The notes beneath the pieces are model-generated. The model ran no database searches, had not been told where the DNA came from, and saw nothing but the letters and a program-made list of their open reading frames with translations. A stretch of 64,000 nt of DNA from Candidatus Bathyarchaeum tardum. Lineage in GTDB: Archaea; Thermoproteota; Bathyarchaeia; Bathyarchaeales; Bathyarchaeaceae. Positions 1-11,992 of the stretch are shown here, piece after piece. Position numbers and translations under genes: made by a program. Location of the stretch: contig CP122380.1 in NCBI GenBank assembly GCA_024650005.2, forward strand, positions 768,001-832,000. The letters are read 5' to 3'. How positions within the stretch are numbered: the first letter of the stretch is position 1; each line of letters opens with the position of its first letter.

Positions 1-2178
1 TTTGGGATATGGACTAATTACCAAATGTGCGTGGGGTTCAACTTTTTTGAAGACTTTTTCTATGTCAATTACGATTCGTGCATCAAGGGCAATAACATCA
101 TTTTCGTTAACAAATAATGGGTTGATGTCAACTTCTTTTATCTGTGGAAAGTCAATGAGCATTTGAGAGAATCGAACAATAGTTTCTTCCAAAAGCTTAA
201 GGTTTGCAGGGGGCATGTTTCGGAAACCTTTGAGCATATTGTAGACCTTAGTTTCTTCTATCATTCTACTTGCCAAGTTTTGGTTCAATGGTGGAAGCCC
301 AATGGTAACATCTTTGAAGATTTCAACTCCAACTCCGCCCATTCCAAACAAGACTACTGGACCAAACAAAGAATCAGTTTGCGCGCCAAGAATAACTTCG
401 TAGCCTATTCTACTAATCATTGGTTGAACAGTGACACCTTGAATTTCTGCGTTTGGAACTTTTTCTTTTGCCCTTTGCATTAGTTTACGGTAAGAATCAA
501 CAAGTTCCTCTTTGGAATTGATGTCCAGTATTACGCCTTCAATGTCTGACTTGTGAACAATTTGTGGCGAAAGAATCTTCATAACAACTGGATACCCAAT
601 GCTTGATGCTGCATTAACTGCATCATTTTCGTTTTTGGCGATAACTGTTTTCACGATGGGTATGCGATAATTTTCGAGTAACTGTTTTGCTTCTGTTTCT
701 GTAAGAATTTCTCTTTTCTGGTTTGCTGCTTCTTTAATAATCACATTAATTGGACGTTTTGGTGGAACACTGTCTACGGGCAATTCTTCAGGTGTTTGGT
801 ACAGCATCTCAAGGTTGCGACTGTATTGGTGCATGTACATGTAAGTTTTAACCGCTTGTTCTGGCGTGGAATAAGTCGGAATGTTGTTTTGGTTAAGAAT
901 CTTGTTTGCTTCTTCTACCTCTTCATGGCCCATAAATGAAGTCAAAACAGGTTTGTTAATACCTTTTTTCTTTACAATTAGCGCAATGTTCTTGGCGATT
1001 TTCACAGGATCGGCTACCCCCTGAGGCGTGTAAATTATTAACATTCCGTCAATATTTTCGTCTTTTATACACGCTTTAAGAACTGCCTCGTACCTGTCTG
1101 TTTGGGCATCCCCTAAAATGTCAATTGGGTTGCCCCTGCTCCAGAAGGGAGGCAAAACTTGGTTAAGTTCATCAATAGTTTTCTGGTCTAATTTTGCTAA
1201 TTTTCCACCTTCTTGTATGACTGAGTCGGCAGTCATAACTCCTGGACCTCCAGCGTTAGTAATTATTGCCAGTCGTGGTCCTTGGGGTAAGGGTTGAACA
1301 CCTAAAACTTCTGCACAATTGAATAGGTCTCCTATGTCTTCAACTCGAACTATTCCCGCACGCCTAAGTGCTGCGTCATAGGTCATGTCTGAGCCTGTCA
1401 ATGCGCCGGTATGTGAGGCTACAGCTTTTGCGCTTTCACTGAATTTTCCTGCTTTAACTACAATTATAGGTTTTGTACGGGCAAAGTGCCTTGCAGCGCT
1501 CATGAATTTTCTGGCTTGGGTGATGCCTTCAATGTACATGAGTATGCTTTTGGTTTTGGGGTCATTTCCAAAATAATCAATTAGGTCACCAAAGTCTACG
1601 TCTAACATGGATCCAATTGAAACGAAGTTACTAAATCCAATGTTTTCATTAATTGCCCAATCTAACATTGCTGACCCTAAGGCTCCACTTTGGGAAATAA
1701 CTGCAATGTTTCCGGGTTTGGGGATTTTGTTTGAAAAAGTAGCGTTAAGTTTGTTGCTTGGGCGAATAATTCCAAGACAGTTCGGACCAATTATTCGAAG
1801 ACCATATTTTTTCTTGATTTCGGCAATCTGATTTTCTAGCTCTTTGCCTTTGGGTCCGATTTCTTTGAACCCTGCTGAAACTATTATTAGTCCAATAATT
1901 CCTGCTTTGCCACATTCTTCTACTATTGAAGGAACAGTTTTAGCGGGGGTTGCAATAATTGCTAAGTCAACTTTTTCGGGGATTTCTCCCACGTTTTTGT
2001 ATGCTTTAACTCCAAGAATTTCGTCTTTTTTAATGTTGATTGGATATACTTTGCCATCATACCCTTTTTGAGTAAGGTTAATCATCAAAGAATAGCCTAC
2101 GGAGCCCTTCTTGTCGCTAGCTCCTACTACGGCGATACTTTCGGGGTTAAAGATATTGTCGAGGTTCATCGTAACCAT
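1..2178 (-). CDS. Acetate--CoA ligase (ADP-forming)-like / GNAT acetyltransferase fusion (Pat/YfiQ type), 3' end runs off the window
   Basis: Not in the ORF track because it is truncated. The minus strand from ATG at 2178 reads MVTMNLDNIFNPESIAVVGASDKKGSVG..., with TNAGGPG and NPIDILGDA motifs, and reaches ...HAHLVISPYPK at the window edge, the linker that precedes the GNAT domain in Pat-type proteins. The GNAT domain itself is not visible. Confidence 0.85.
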   Translation of the reverse strand, partial: MVTMNLDNIFNPESIAVVGASDKKGSVGYSLMINLTQKGYDGKVYPINIKKDEILGVKAYKNVGEIPEKVDLAIIATPAKTVPSIVEECGKAGIIGLIIVSAGFKEIGPKGKELENQIAEIKKKYGLRIIGPNCLGIIRPSNKLNATFSNKIPKPGNIAVISQSGALGSAMLDWAINENIGFSNFVSIGSMLDVDFGDLIDYFGNDPKTKSILMYIEGITQARKFMSAARHFARTKPIIVVKAGKFSESAKAVASHTGALTGSDMTYDAALRRAGIVRVEDIGDLFNCAEVLGVQPLPQGPRLAIITNAGGPGVMTADSVIQEGGKLAKLDQKTIDELNQVLPPFWSRGNPIDILGDAQTDRYEAVLKACIKDENIDGMLIIYTPQGVADPVKIAKNIALIVKKKGINKPVLTSFMGHEEVEEANKILNQNNIPTYSTPEQAVKTYMYMHQYSRNLEMLYQTPEELPVDSVPPKRPINVIIKEAANQKREILTETEAKQLLENYRIPIVKTVIAKNENDAVNAASSIGYPVVMKILSPQIVHKSDIEGVILDINSKEELVDSYRKLMQRAKEKVPNAEIQGVTVQPMISRIGYEVILGAQTDSLFGPVVLFGMGGVGVEIFKDVTIGLPPLNQNLASRMIEETKVYNMLKGFRNMPPANLKLLEETIVRFSQMLIDFPQIKEVDINPLFVNENDVIALDARIVIDIEKVFKKVEPHAHLVISPYPK

Positions 2179-2383
2179 CGTTAACACCTTTATTGATATT
2201 TTGAGTTTTTGTTAACTGAGAAACTTCATGATGTGCTCATACTTAACTATAACTTATTTCTAATTCGGTTTTAAGGGGAAAAAAACGAATTAAATCTGAA
2301 AAGAAGTATGTTAACAGTCTAAAACTTAATGAAAAACTTAAATACGTCTTTAAATAAAAAAGACGCTACAAAGGGGTATTAAA

Positions 2384-2605
2384 ATGAAACATCCTGAATT
2401 ATCTGTGGCTCCAATGCACAGAATCTGCAAAAAAGCGGGCGCTAGCCGAGTAAGTGAAGCAGCAGCAAAAGCGTTGGCAAAACAATTAGACGATATTGGC
2501 GTTAAAATCGCTAAAGAAGCAATCGATTATGCAATGCATGCTGGACGAAAAACCGTCAAAGAAGAAGACATTGAAATAGCTGCAAAAAAAGTTTTAGAAA
2601 AATAA
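2384..2605 (+). CDS. Archaeal histone (HMf-like)
   Basis: 73 aa; [12 protein letters not shown]...[12 protein letters not shown] histone-fold signature. Confidence 0.95.
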   Translation: MKHPELSVAPMHRICKKAGASRVSEAAAKALAKQLDDIGVKIAKEAIDYAMHAGRKTVKEEDIEIAAKKVLEK

Positions 2606-2662
2606 CCATTTTTCTCTTCTTTTTCTAAAAGAGGCACAACTGACGCCTCTCTCTTTGTCTAG

Positions 2663-2677
2663 TGAAAAACTTTATAT
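2663..2677 (+). promoter_or_regulatory. BRE/TATA promoter of the thermosome gene
   Basis: tgaaaaac-tttatat about 55 nt upstream of the ATG at 2731. Confidence 0.55.
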
Positions 2678-2730
2678 CCCAGTTGAAAGTGCAGTAGCTA
2701 GAATTTATCTAACAAATAGGAGGATTTGTA

Positions 2731-4365
<1,635 letters not shown>

Positions 4366-4379
4366 AAGGTCTAATTGAC

Positions 4380-4403
4380 CTCTCTTTCCTTTTTTTGTTT
4401 TTC
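4380..4403 (+). terminator. Oligo-T archaeal terminator
   Basis: Pyrimidine/T run just after the thermosome stop. Confidence 0.5.
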
Positions 4404-4470
4404 TAAACTAATAGCATACATAGAAGATGTTTTAGCTTCTTTGTGCTAGATTGTAATTATGTGAGAATCA

Positions 4471-5448
4471 ATGGTACAAAAGGTTACTAAACCTCTTACA
4501 TTGGGCGTTGACCTTGGAGGCACCAAAGCTAATATTGCATTGGTAGATGCTGTTGGTAAAGTATTGTTTTCTCGCAAGTTTTTGATTCCTGTCTCAAAAG
4601 AACCTGATGATGTACTCAAACACCTTGTAACCGAAATGGATAATTGCTTTAGTCAAACAGGTTACAAAGCTACTGCGTTTGGTATTGGAGTAGCTGCACA
4701 AGTTGATTCTGATGGTTTCATTTTTGGTTCTCCTAATTTGGGTTGGCAAAATTTTTCGTTGAAGCATAAACTGGAAAAACTGATTGATTTACCTGTGTTT
4801 ATAACTAATGATGTGCGTGCGGCTACTTGGGCTGAATGGCGTTATGGCTTTAGAAAAAATGTTAACGATTTGGCTGTTATTTTTGTTGGGACCGGTATTG
4901 GTGGGGGTGCGATATCTGGAGGGAAACTTTTGTTTGGTTGCAATAACAGTGGAGGTGAACTTGGGCACGTAACTCTTGTCTATAATGGGCGAAAATGTCG
5001 TTGTCCTAATCGGGGTTGTTTAGAAGCTTATGCAGGTGGTTGGGCAATTGCCGACCGCGCCCAAGAAGCTGTGAGAGAAAACCGTGAAAAAGGACGTTTT
5101 TTGGTGTCTTTAGCTGGAACTATAAAAAACATTACTGCTGCTACTGTTGCCCAAGCGTATCATGAAGGTGACCCCTTAGCTGAATTGTTGGTGGAACAAA
5201 CTGGCAAATATTTAGCAGCGGGAGCAGTTAGTGTTGTTAACGCTTTCAATCCTTGTTGCCTTGTTTTTGGTGGGGGCATTATCGAAGGAATCCCTGACCT
5301 AGTAGAAATCGTCAAAAAGGTTCTTCCAAGCATGGCATTAAAATCTGCTGTAACAAACTTAAAAATTGAAAAATCAAAACTAGGAAACAATGCAGGAGCA
5401 ATCGGCGCAGCTGTTTTGGCACAACAACTGGTACCCAAAATGCAATGA
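4471..5448 (+). CDS. ROK family sugar kinase (glucokinase-like)
   Basis: GVDLGGT, NDVRAA, GTGIGGG, GELGH, CRCPNRGCLEAYA. Confidence 0.93.
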   Translation: MVQKVTKPLTLGVDLGGTKANIALVDAVGKVLFSRKFLIPVSKEPDDVLKHLVTEMDNCFSQTGYKATAFGIGVAAQVDSDGFIFGSPNLGWQNFSLKHKLEKLIDLPVFITNDVRAATWAEWRYGFRKNVNDLAVIFVGTGIGGGAISGGKLLFGCNNSGGELGHVTLVYNGRKCRCPNRGCLEAYAGGWAIADRAQEAVRENREKGRFLVSLAGTIKNITAATVAQAYHEGDPLAELLVEQTGKYLAAGAVSVVNAFNPCCLVFGGGIIEGIPDLVEIVKKVLPSMALKSAVTNLKIEKSKLGNNAGAIGAAVLAQQLVPKMQ

Positions 5449-5533
5449 ATTAGTTTTTTGGTGTTTTGTAAGTTTTGTTATGCAAAAGGTTAATGTTGTT
5501 GAATGTTGCCTTTGTGTTAGGCAGGGAATTCAG

Positions 5534-5785
5534 ATGGCAGTCTTAGCATATGTATTAGTTACGCTGAATCCAGGCAGCGAAAAAAACATACTCGAAAAAG
5601 TTGCAGATTTTGAAGAAGTTACACAAGTAAACATGACCTATGGAGAATATGACGCTCTTGTTTTGGTCACAGCTGACACTTTAAGTCAATTGAACGATTT
5701 TCTAACAGAAAAACTTCGAGTATTACCCGACATATTCCAAACAGCTACGTTAATAGTAGCAAAAACTCATCGAAGCAAAAAATAG
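5534..5785 (+). CDS. Stand-alone Lrp/AsnC ligand-binding (RAM) domain protein
   Basis: MAVLAYVLV...TYGEYDALV...; start reassigned to ATG 5534. Confidence 0.85.
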   Translation: MAVLAYVLVTLNPGSEKNILEKVADFEEVTQVNMTYGEYDALVLVTADTLSQLNDFLTEKLRVLPDIFQTATLIVAKTHRSKK

Positions 5786-5958
5786 AAAACGCCATTAACT
5801 AAAACAGTGCTGGCTTTTCTTTAATTGACTTATTAGTCGTTAATATCCGTGCAATCTCAAAAACTATATTTTCACTCCTTAACCAACATGTCATGCGTTT
5901 TTAGTCAAAGTTTCTTGACAAGAATCCTTTTCATCTCTTTAATTAATTTAGGAAAGCA

Positions 5959-6822
5959 ATGATATTAAAAAAACAATTAACAACTAGTTACATGTCAATG
6001 CTTACTCTTTTGTTCACAGCAGTTTGACTAAAATTTCCAGTTACTTTTGCATCTGAATTAACGTCTCAGGCTCAAACTGGGGCATTCATACAAAATGCGC
6101 TTCCGGTGGACCTGTCACAATACAATGTGACGCTTAAAAATCACTCACAACTTGGAACAAAAGACATGATCAGGTACACATTAGAGTCAGATGAAAGCAG
6201 TCTCCGCCTTTTTTTTGAACTTGAAAATAACGTTCTGCATTATTGTAATATAAACACAGAAAAAGGGCAAGTCATCAGTGACACAAAACACGATAACCTA
6301 ATTGATGCCGTAAAAAGTTTTCTTGAAAAATACCAAACATGCACCAAAATGGACTCAACCAACCTGATAGAGATGCTAGATGAAATTGACGTAACAAAGA
6401 ACTCAACAATAACAAAAGGAGATATCAAGTTCACAATATCCAGCATCAACGACATTGGAACTAAAAAAACGGTATTCAAATGGTTTCACATGGTAAATGG
6501 TGCAGAATATGATTCATTGAAAGTTGGTTTTCAAACAAAAACCATGGTCTTTGATTCCTTAGTAGACACCCGTGCTCTTTATTCAGTTGGCGACACAACA
6601 GTAAATGGCTCCAGTGAACAGACAATTGACATTGCAATGAAGTATAGTGAGGTTTACTCGTATGCTATTCCTGATGGCTCAAAAGTTTCTGGCTTTAACC
6701 TAACAAAAGACAAAACCACAACAGAACTACTCACTACCCCTCTAAACACTACTGAACTTAGACCTGCTGGATGGTCAGATTGACATTCATTCAGTTTAAT
6801 TAAGAAATCTTGAGTTGCTCAA
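5959..6822 (+). pseudogene. Disrupted paralog of the N-terminal domain of 7338..9338
   Basis: ATG 5959 is in frame with ORF 6106 but has TGA at 6025-6027 inside the signal peptide. An apparent frameshift near 6765 continues as CWMVRLTF, matching PIWNVKLYF of the neighbour. SEQTIDIAMKYS matches SEEQAIDIAMDAS. Confidence 0.7.
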
Positions 6823-7337
6823 ATTATGATTCGTTTCTGTAGTCCGGAAGGCGGGTGTTTATCAGTACTCATTTTTGGAACAAAAAATTTTGAATTATTT
6901 ATTCAGAAAATATCGCTTCTGAATGTTGCGTTAGTGTCTTTGTTGAATTGACAAACGTTGCAAAAATTTTAATATTTATCAATTATTCATTAAATTTTAG
7001 TTAAACAATTGTTTAGTACTTTTGTTATTTTTTGTTCATCTATAAATCTTTTTTACAAAAAATTTATATCAAAGTTTTGGAATAAAAAATTTGGGGAAAA
7101 AGACTATGTTGCCCCGTATGGTATTGTTTGCACTTTGGAATCAAAGTTTTCCTGCAAAATTAATTGATGTTTCTTCTCAGACAGTGTTAACTGATTTTCC
7201 CTTCTTGAAGCGAGACAAATGTTTCGGGGGTGCCTCACCGCCCTAAGCCCAACTGAAGGGCAAAAGAGATCGCACGGAGAACAAAGCCGTGCAGAAAAAC
7301 AAAGGAGGAAAACAAAACGATTCGATTAGCTAAAAAA

Positions 7338-9338
7338 TTGTTCACGTATTCATTTTTCCTGTGCGCTCTATTGGCGATGGTTACGATAAACGCCTCTTTA
7401 GTTTGTAATGCAACTACTCAAGAAGAATCAACTGCCCCCGAAAAAGCGTTAAATCTATTAGAAAAGGTAGTCGGTCTTGATATGGAAGCATACGATACTA
7501 CGTTTGATTTGCATACTCAAGACTTGTACTTAGATTCTCTGCCTCAAGAAAGCATACAATACACCATCGATTCGGCTGATAGCAAAGTTGAGGTCATCTG
7601 TAATTTTGTTAATGAGAAATTACAGTTAATGAGTTTACATCCAATAAATGGTTTGGCACTAATGGTACAACAACATGCAAACGTTGTGAGTTCAGCCAAA
7701 GCCTTTCTTGTCAACTATCAAGCTGATTCTGGAGTATCATACCTTGAACCGATGACAAATATGTTAGATCTTGTCGATGGCAACGAAAATAGTACCCAAG
7801 TAGTCGAAGATGTAAAACTTGAAGTAATTGTAACTCAAGATTCTACAACTTTTCGGTGGTCGCCTGCGGCTAACGGTGTTGAAGTCATGTATAAATGGGT
7901 AATAGTAAGCTTTGAAAACGGATCATTAGCATTATTCATGGACAATTGGGAACTCTACAATATCGACAGTTATGACCTAACCCTATCTGAAGAACAAGCC
8001 ATAGACATAGCCATGGATGCAAGTAAAAATTATTCATGGACCGTGTATATGGGAGAAGATAAGCCTTCTGTGGAAGTAACTGAATTTACTGTAGAAGGCG
8101 TAAGCGAAACAAAACTAACGTTTAGCAACTATCCTTCAAAAAACGACTCTCGTAATGAAGACCCCTCAACCTTGTATCCCATCTGGAACGTTAAACTGTA
8201 CTTTGATAATTTTTATCGCGGCAATGTTTACGGACTCAACATTGCAATCTGGGCGGACACAGGAAAAGTTCATGAAGTACGTCCTATGATTTGGATGGAT
8301 GACTTGTCATCAGACAAGACCATCACTGACAACGAAATAACTAGTGAGTTAAGCTTAAATGAAGATAGTAATGAAACAAGCTCAAATCTATCATCGGTCC
8401 CGTGGATAGCACTTCCAATTACAGCCGTATTTGGAGTAACGATAGTTTATTCTAAAAGAAAAAACAGTCCAAACAAACTACTTAAGATAACAAAAGCAGC
8501 AGTTTCAAAACTAAGCAGATTACTTTTGTGCCTTTTAATGGTAGTTAGTATAGTTCCAATGGCAACGCAAACAGTGAAGGCAGATGATTGGGGCATAACC
8601 CTTTGGGCCGTTGAATATGAATTAGCCGACGGAGAATTTGACGCCGCGAACAATGTTATCAGCACCATGATGACCTATTTTGGCAACAGAGGCTATACTT
8701 GTTATGACTACAGCGGTCAAGATACACAAAGAGATAGCATATTATCCAACGCTTCGTACATGGAATCAAATTTTGATTATGTGGCCCTGTTTCACTATGG
8801 CCATGGAGGCATGAACGGTGTACACCGAGACTACTTTGATAACGACTATAATTATTCTTATCATTATTGGCAACCTGATAATGAGATCTGGGACTACGAT
8901 GTGTATCAACAAACCAGTTCTAGCAAGCATTTCTTTGTGATGCTATGGGCGTGCCGGCAAGGAGACCATGTGGGCGGTTTGGGTGGCCCTAATGGTGCTT
9001 ATGGAATGCCGTTTGCTTGGCATCATACAACTCCGACTTCTTATGGTCCTGATTGTTTCATAGGATTCGAAAATGCTTCAATGCCTTTAACTCAGACTTC
9101 AAGTCACAACCCTTCAATAGATTACGAATTCTACATCAGACGTTTCTATGTTTTAGCGTTACATAATGGCTATTCAGTATATAATTCACTAAACATCGCC
9201 TCATGGAATTGGTTTGGATGCAGCTACTCAAATAGTGAACTAAACACAGGATACACTGCACAATGGGGCGAAGACCCTGACGATTGGGATGGCGGCAAAA
9301 TGAAAATCTATGGAAACGACGACATATACTTGTACTAA
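7338..9338 (+). CDS. Exported two-part protein: N-terminal domain, TM anchor, internal signal-like segment, C-terminal putative caspase/CHAT-fold (DUF6345-like) peptidase domain
   Basis: N-terminal hydrophobic signal; TM WIALPITAVFGVTIVY; second hydrophobic segment ending TQTVKA; FHYGHGG and MLWACRQG motifs. Confidence 0.6.
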   Translation: MFTYSFFLCALLAMVTINASLVCNATTQEESTAPEKALNLLEKVVGLDMEAYDTTFDLHTQDLYLDSLPQESIQYTIDSADSKVEVICNFVNEKLQLMSLHPINGLALMVQQHANVVSSAKAFLVNYQADSGVSYLEPMTNMLDLVDGNENSTQVVEDVKLEVIVTQDSTTFRWSPAANGVEVMYKWVIVSFENGSLALFMDNWELYNIDSYDLTLSEEQAIDIAMDASKNYSWTVYMGEDKPSVEVTEFTVEGVSETKLTFSNYPSKNDSRNEDPSTLYPIWNVKLYFDNFYRGNVYGLNIAIWADTGKVHEVRPMIWMDDLSSDKTITDNEITSELSLNEDSNETSSNLSSVPWIALPITAVFGVTIVYSKRKNSPNKLLKITKAAVSKLSRLLLCLLMVVSIVPMATQTVKADDWGITLWAVEYELADGEFDAANNVISTMMTYFGNRGYTCYDYSGQDTQRDSILSNASYMESNFDYVALFHYGHGGMNGVHRDYFDNDYNYSYHYWQPDNEIWDYDVYQQTSSSKHFFVMLWACRQGDHVGGLGGPNGAYGMPFAWHHTTPTSYGPDCFIGFENASMPLTQTSSHNPSIDYEFYIRRFYVLALHNGYSVYNSLNIASWNWFGCSYSNSELNTGYTAQWGEDPDDWDGGKMKIYGNDDIYLY

Positions 9339-9534
9339 ATGATCAAAAAATAGTTTGATACAACAAACGCGAACAGTAAAGTTAAACACATAAATTTCCC
9401 TCTTTTTTTTAAAAAAAAATTTCCAAAGGCATATTTGTTCTAAAAATGAGTGTGCCCTATTGGTAAACATATGATGTAACATTCGCATAAAAAATAAAAG
9501 ACTGAAAAAAATTAGTATAATATTGGGGTTTTAT

Positions 9535-10923
9535 ATGAACAGATTTACACTATCAATATATGTGCTATTGTTGGTTCTTGCTGTTTTGTCTTTACCTCTA
9601 CTGGGTTCTGTTGCTTATGCTGCTGACGATTCTTGGGTGACCTTGGAACCGATGCCTACCGCCAGAAACGGGTTTGGTGTTGCTGTTGTTAATGGAAAAA
9701 TCTATGCTATCGGAGGATACAACCGAGCTAGCGGCAGTTATCTTGCATCTAATGAAATGTATGACCCTGCTACAAACACGTGGACCACAAAAGCGTCGAT
9801 GCCAACTCCACGAAGCAATTTTGGAATAGCCGTTGTCGACAACAAAATATATGCTATAGGTGGAGGTGCAATAAATGAAGTTTATGATCCTAAAACAAAC
9901 ACATGGGAAACGCTGACAGCAATGCCTACTCCAAGAAGGGGATTATCCGTAAGTACAGTGAATGGAAAAATATGGTGTATCGGAGGACATGTTGGGGAAT
10001 CCCCATATGCAAGAATTTCAGCAATTGAATTCTACGACCCAGCAACTGACACATGGAGCACTGCCAAAGAGATGCCCGTTGCTGTTACGGGTCACGCTTC
10101 TGCAGTAGTTGACAACAAAATCTACATACTCGGTGGTGCAGTTGGTTTGTCTTTTAATCAAATTTATGATACTGAAACCGACACATGGAGCAACGGAACC
10201 GAATTGCCCACAGGAGTGGATCCTGCCGCTGCAGCAGTGATTGTAGTTGAAGGAACACAGAAAATTTGTGTCATCGGTGGAAAAAAGAATCTGGATGCTG
10301 TTAATTTGAACCAAATCTATGACCCAGAAACCGACACTTGGAGCACAGGTGCATCAATGCCAACCTCAAGATATAGTTTAGAAGTTGCAGTAGTAGACAA
10401 CCTAGTGTACGCAATTGGAGGCGTAACAGGATGGCTTATTTATCCATCTGTTGGAGTAAATGAACAGTATACTCCAGCAGGGCATGTCCCAGAGTTTTAT
10501 TCTCAGGTTTTTGATGCTGGTACCTGGGAGGATACTCAATACACCGTTTTTGTGGTCAGCAATTCCACGGTTTCAGATTTTAGTTTCAATCCTGAGGGCG
10601 CTCAAGTAAGTTTTAAGATTGAAGGCGAACTGGGAACCATGGGCTTTTGCAACGTGACCATCCCAAAAAACCTGCTTTATGCCAAAAACGCTTGGACGGT
10701 CCTCGTAGACGGAATCTCAGTCACGCCTACAGTCAACCAGAAAGAAAACTACACCACACTCCACTTTACATACAGCCACGATGCCCAAACAATACAAATA
10801 ATCGGAACCGACGCAATCCCAGAGTTTCCCTCTTGGGCTATTTTGTCCCTAGTTATTACTGCAATGTTAGTGACAATAATCTACAAACATAGGCTGAAAC
10901 GGCTTCCTCTAAGGGGCGTGTGA
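9535..10923 (+). CDS. Secreted kelch-repeat protein with C-terminal PEF-CTERM-like anchor
   Basis: Six kelch repeats (KIYAIGG...YDP.T.TW...MPT.R); IPEFPSWAILSLVITAMLVTIIYKHR tail. Confidence 0.88.
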   Translation: MNRFTLSIYVLLLVLAVLSLPLLGSVAYAADDSWVTLEPMPTARNGFGVAVVNGKIYAIGGYNRASGSYLASNEMYDPATNTWTTKASMPTPRSNFGIAVVDNKIYAIGGGAINEVYDPKTNTWETLTAMPTPRRGLSVSTVNGKIWCIGGHVGESPYARISAIEFYDPATDTWSTAKEMPVAVTGHASAVVDNKIYILGGAVGLSFNQIYDTETDTWSNGTELPTGVDPAAAAVIVVEGTQKICVIGGKKNLDAVNLNQIYDPETDTWSTGASMPTSRYSLEVAVVDNLVYAIGGVTGWLIYPSVGVNEQYTPAGHVPEFYSQVFDAGTWEDTQYTVFVVSNSTVSDFSFNPEGAQVSFKIEGELGTMGFCNVTIPKNLLYAKNAWTVLVDGISVTPTVNQKENYTTLHFTYSHDAQTIQIIGTDAIPEFPSWAILSLVITAMLVTIIYKHRLKRLPLRGV

Positions 10924-10924
10924 T

Positions 10925-11992
10925 GTGAATAGGTTCAAGTCAATCATTGTTTTGTTTTTGGTTTTTCCTTTCTTGTTATCGCCTTTTTTGGTTTGTATTG
11001 TTTGTGCTGCTGAAGATTCTTGGGTGACCTTGGAGCCGATGCCTACTGCCCGAAGTGGGTTTGGAGTTGCCGTCGTAGACGAAAAAATATATGCTATTGG
11101 CGGTCAAAATTACCTTACTTATTTTGGTACCAATGAAATGTATGACCCAGATACCAACGCATGGGCTATCAAGGCATCCGTGCCAACGGCCAGAAGTAAT
11201 TTTGGAATAGCTGTTGTTGATAATAAGATATATGTAATTGGTGGAGGGGAAACCACAATAAATGAAGTATATGATCCCGAGACAGATACTTGGGAAACCA
11301 AAGCATCAATGAATATTGGGAGATCGGGGTTGTCTGCAAGTGTTGTGGATGGAAAAATCTACGTTATATGCGGACACCGAGGCAATCCCAGTTATGGGGT
11401 TTCTGCAATTGAAGTTTACGACCCCGCAACTGATACATGGAGCGTTGCCAAACAAATACCAATTGCTGTTACTGCTCACGCTTCTGCAGTAGTTGACAAC
11501 AAAATCTACATAATCGGCGGTTCCTTGGAATTAACTCACAACCAAATATTTGACCCAAAAACCAACACTTGGAGTACGGGAGCTTCTTTGCCAGTGGGTG
11601 TGGACTCTGCAGCAGCAGGCGTGATAACTGATTCGTCAGGGAAACAAAAGATTTGTGTTATCGGTGGAAAAAAGGACCTTGACGCGGTTGATTTTAATCA
11701 GATTTACGACCCAGAATCAGATACGTGGAGCATAGGCGCATCAATGCCAACTGCTCGTCTTAGTCTAGGAATTGCTGTCATCAATAACAATTTGTATGTG
11801 ATAGGGGGCGTTCTTGGATTCACTCCTGAGCCGGTTATCGCAACAAATGAAATGTATTCACTATCTGATAATTCCTTGGATGCATTACCTTGGATGCCAA
11901 TTGCAATCACAATTATTGTGGGAACTGCTATAACCATAACAGGGGCAATATTTTACAAAAAGAAACTAACAAAACATCAGATTAGAAACTAA
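10925..11992 (+). CDS. Secreted kelch-repeat protein, tandem paralog, C-terminal TM anchor
   Basis: Kelch repeats highly similar to the upstream gene (DSWVTLEPMPTAR..., KICVIGGKK.LDAV). Confidence 0.88.
   Translation: MNRFKSIIVLFLVFPFLLSPFLVCIVCAAEDSWVTLEPMPTARSGFGVAVVDEKIYAIGGQNYLTYFGTNEMYDPDTNAWAIKASVPTARSNFGIAVVDNKIYVIGGGETTINEVYDPETDTWETKASMNIGRSGLSASVVDGKIYVICGHRGNPSYGVSAIEVYDPATDTWSVAKQIPIAVTAHASAVVDNKIYIIGGSLELTHNQIFDPKTNTWSTGASLPVGVDSAAAGVITDSSGKQKICVIGGKKDLDAVDFNQIYDPESDTWSIGASMPTARLSLGIAVINNNLYVIGGVLGFTPEPVIATNEMYSLSDNSLDALPWMPIAITIIVGTAITITGAIFYKKKLTKHQIRN

Noticed and set aside
163-2071. Plus-strand ORFs 163, 1385, 1607 and 1844, and similar antisense ORFs across the window
   Set aside because: Shadows of well-supported genes on the opposite strand or frame.
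6025-6027. In-frame TGA as selenocysteine or recoding
   Set aside because: It lies in a signal peptide, the gene also appears frameshifted and truncated, and other genes in the window use TGA as a stop.
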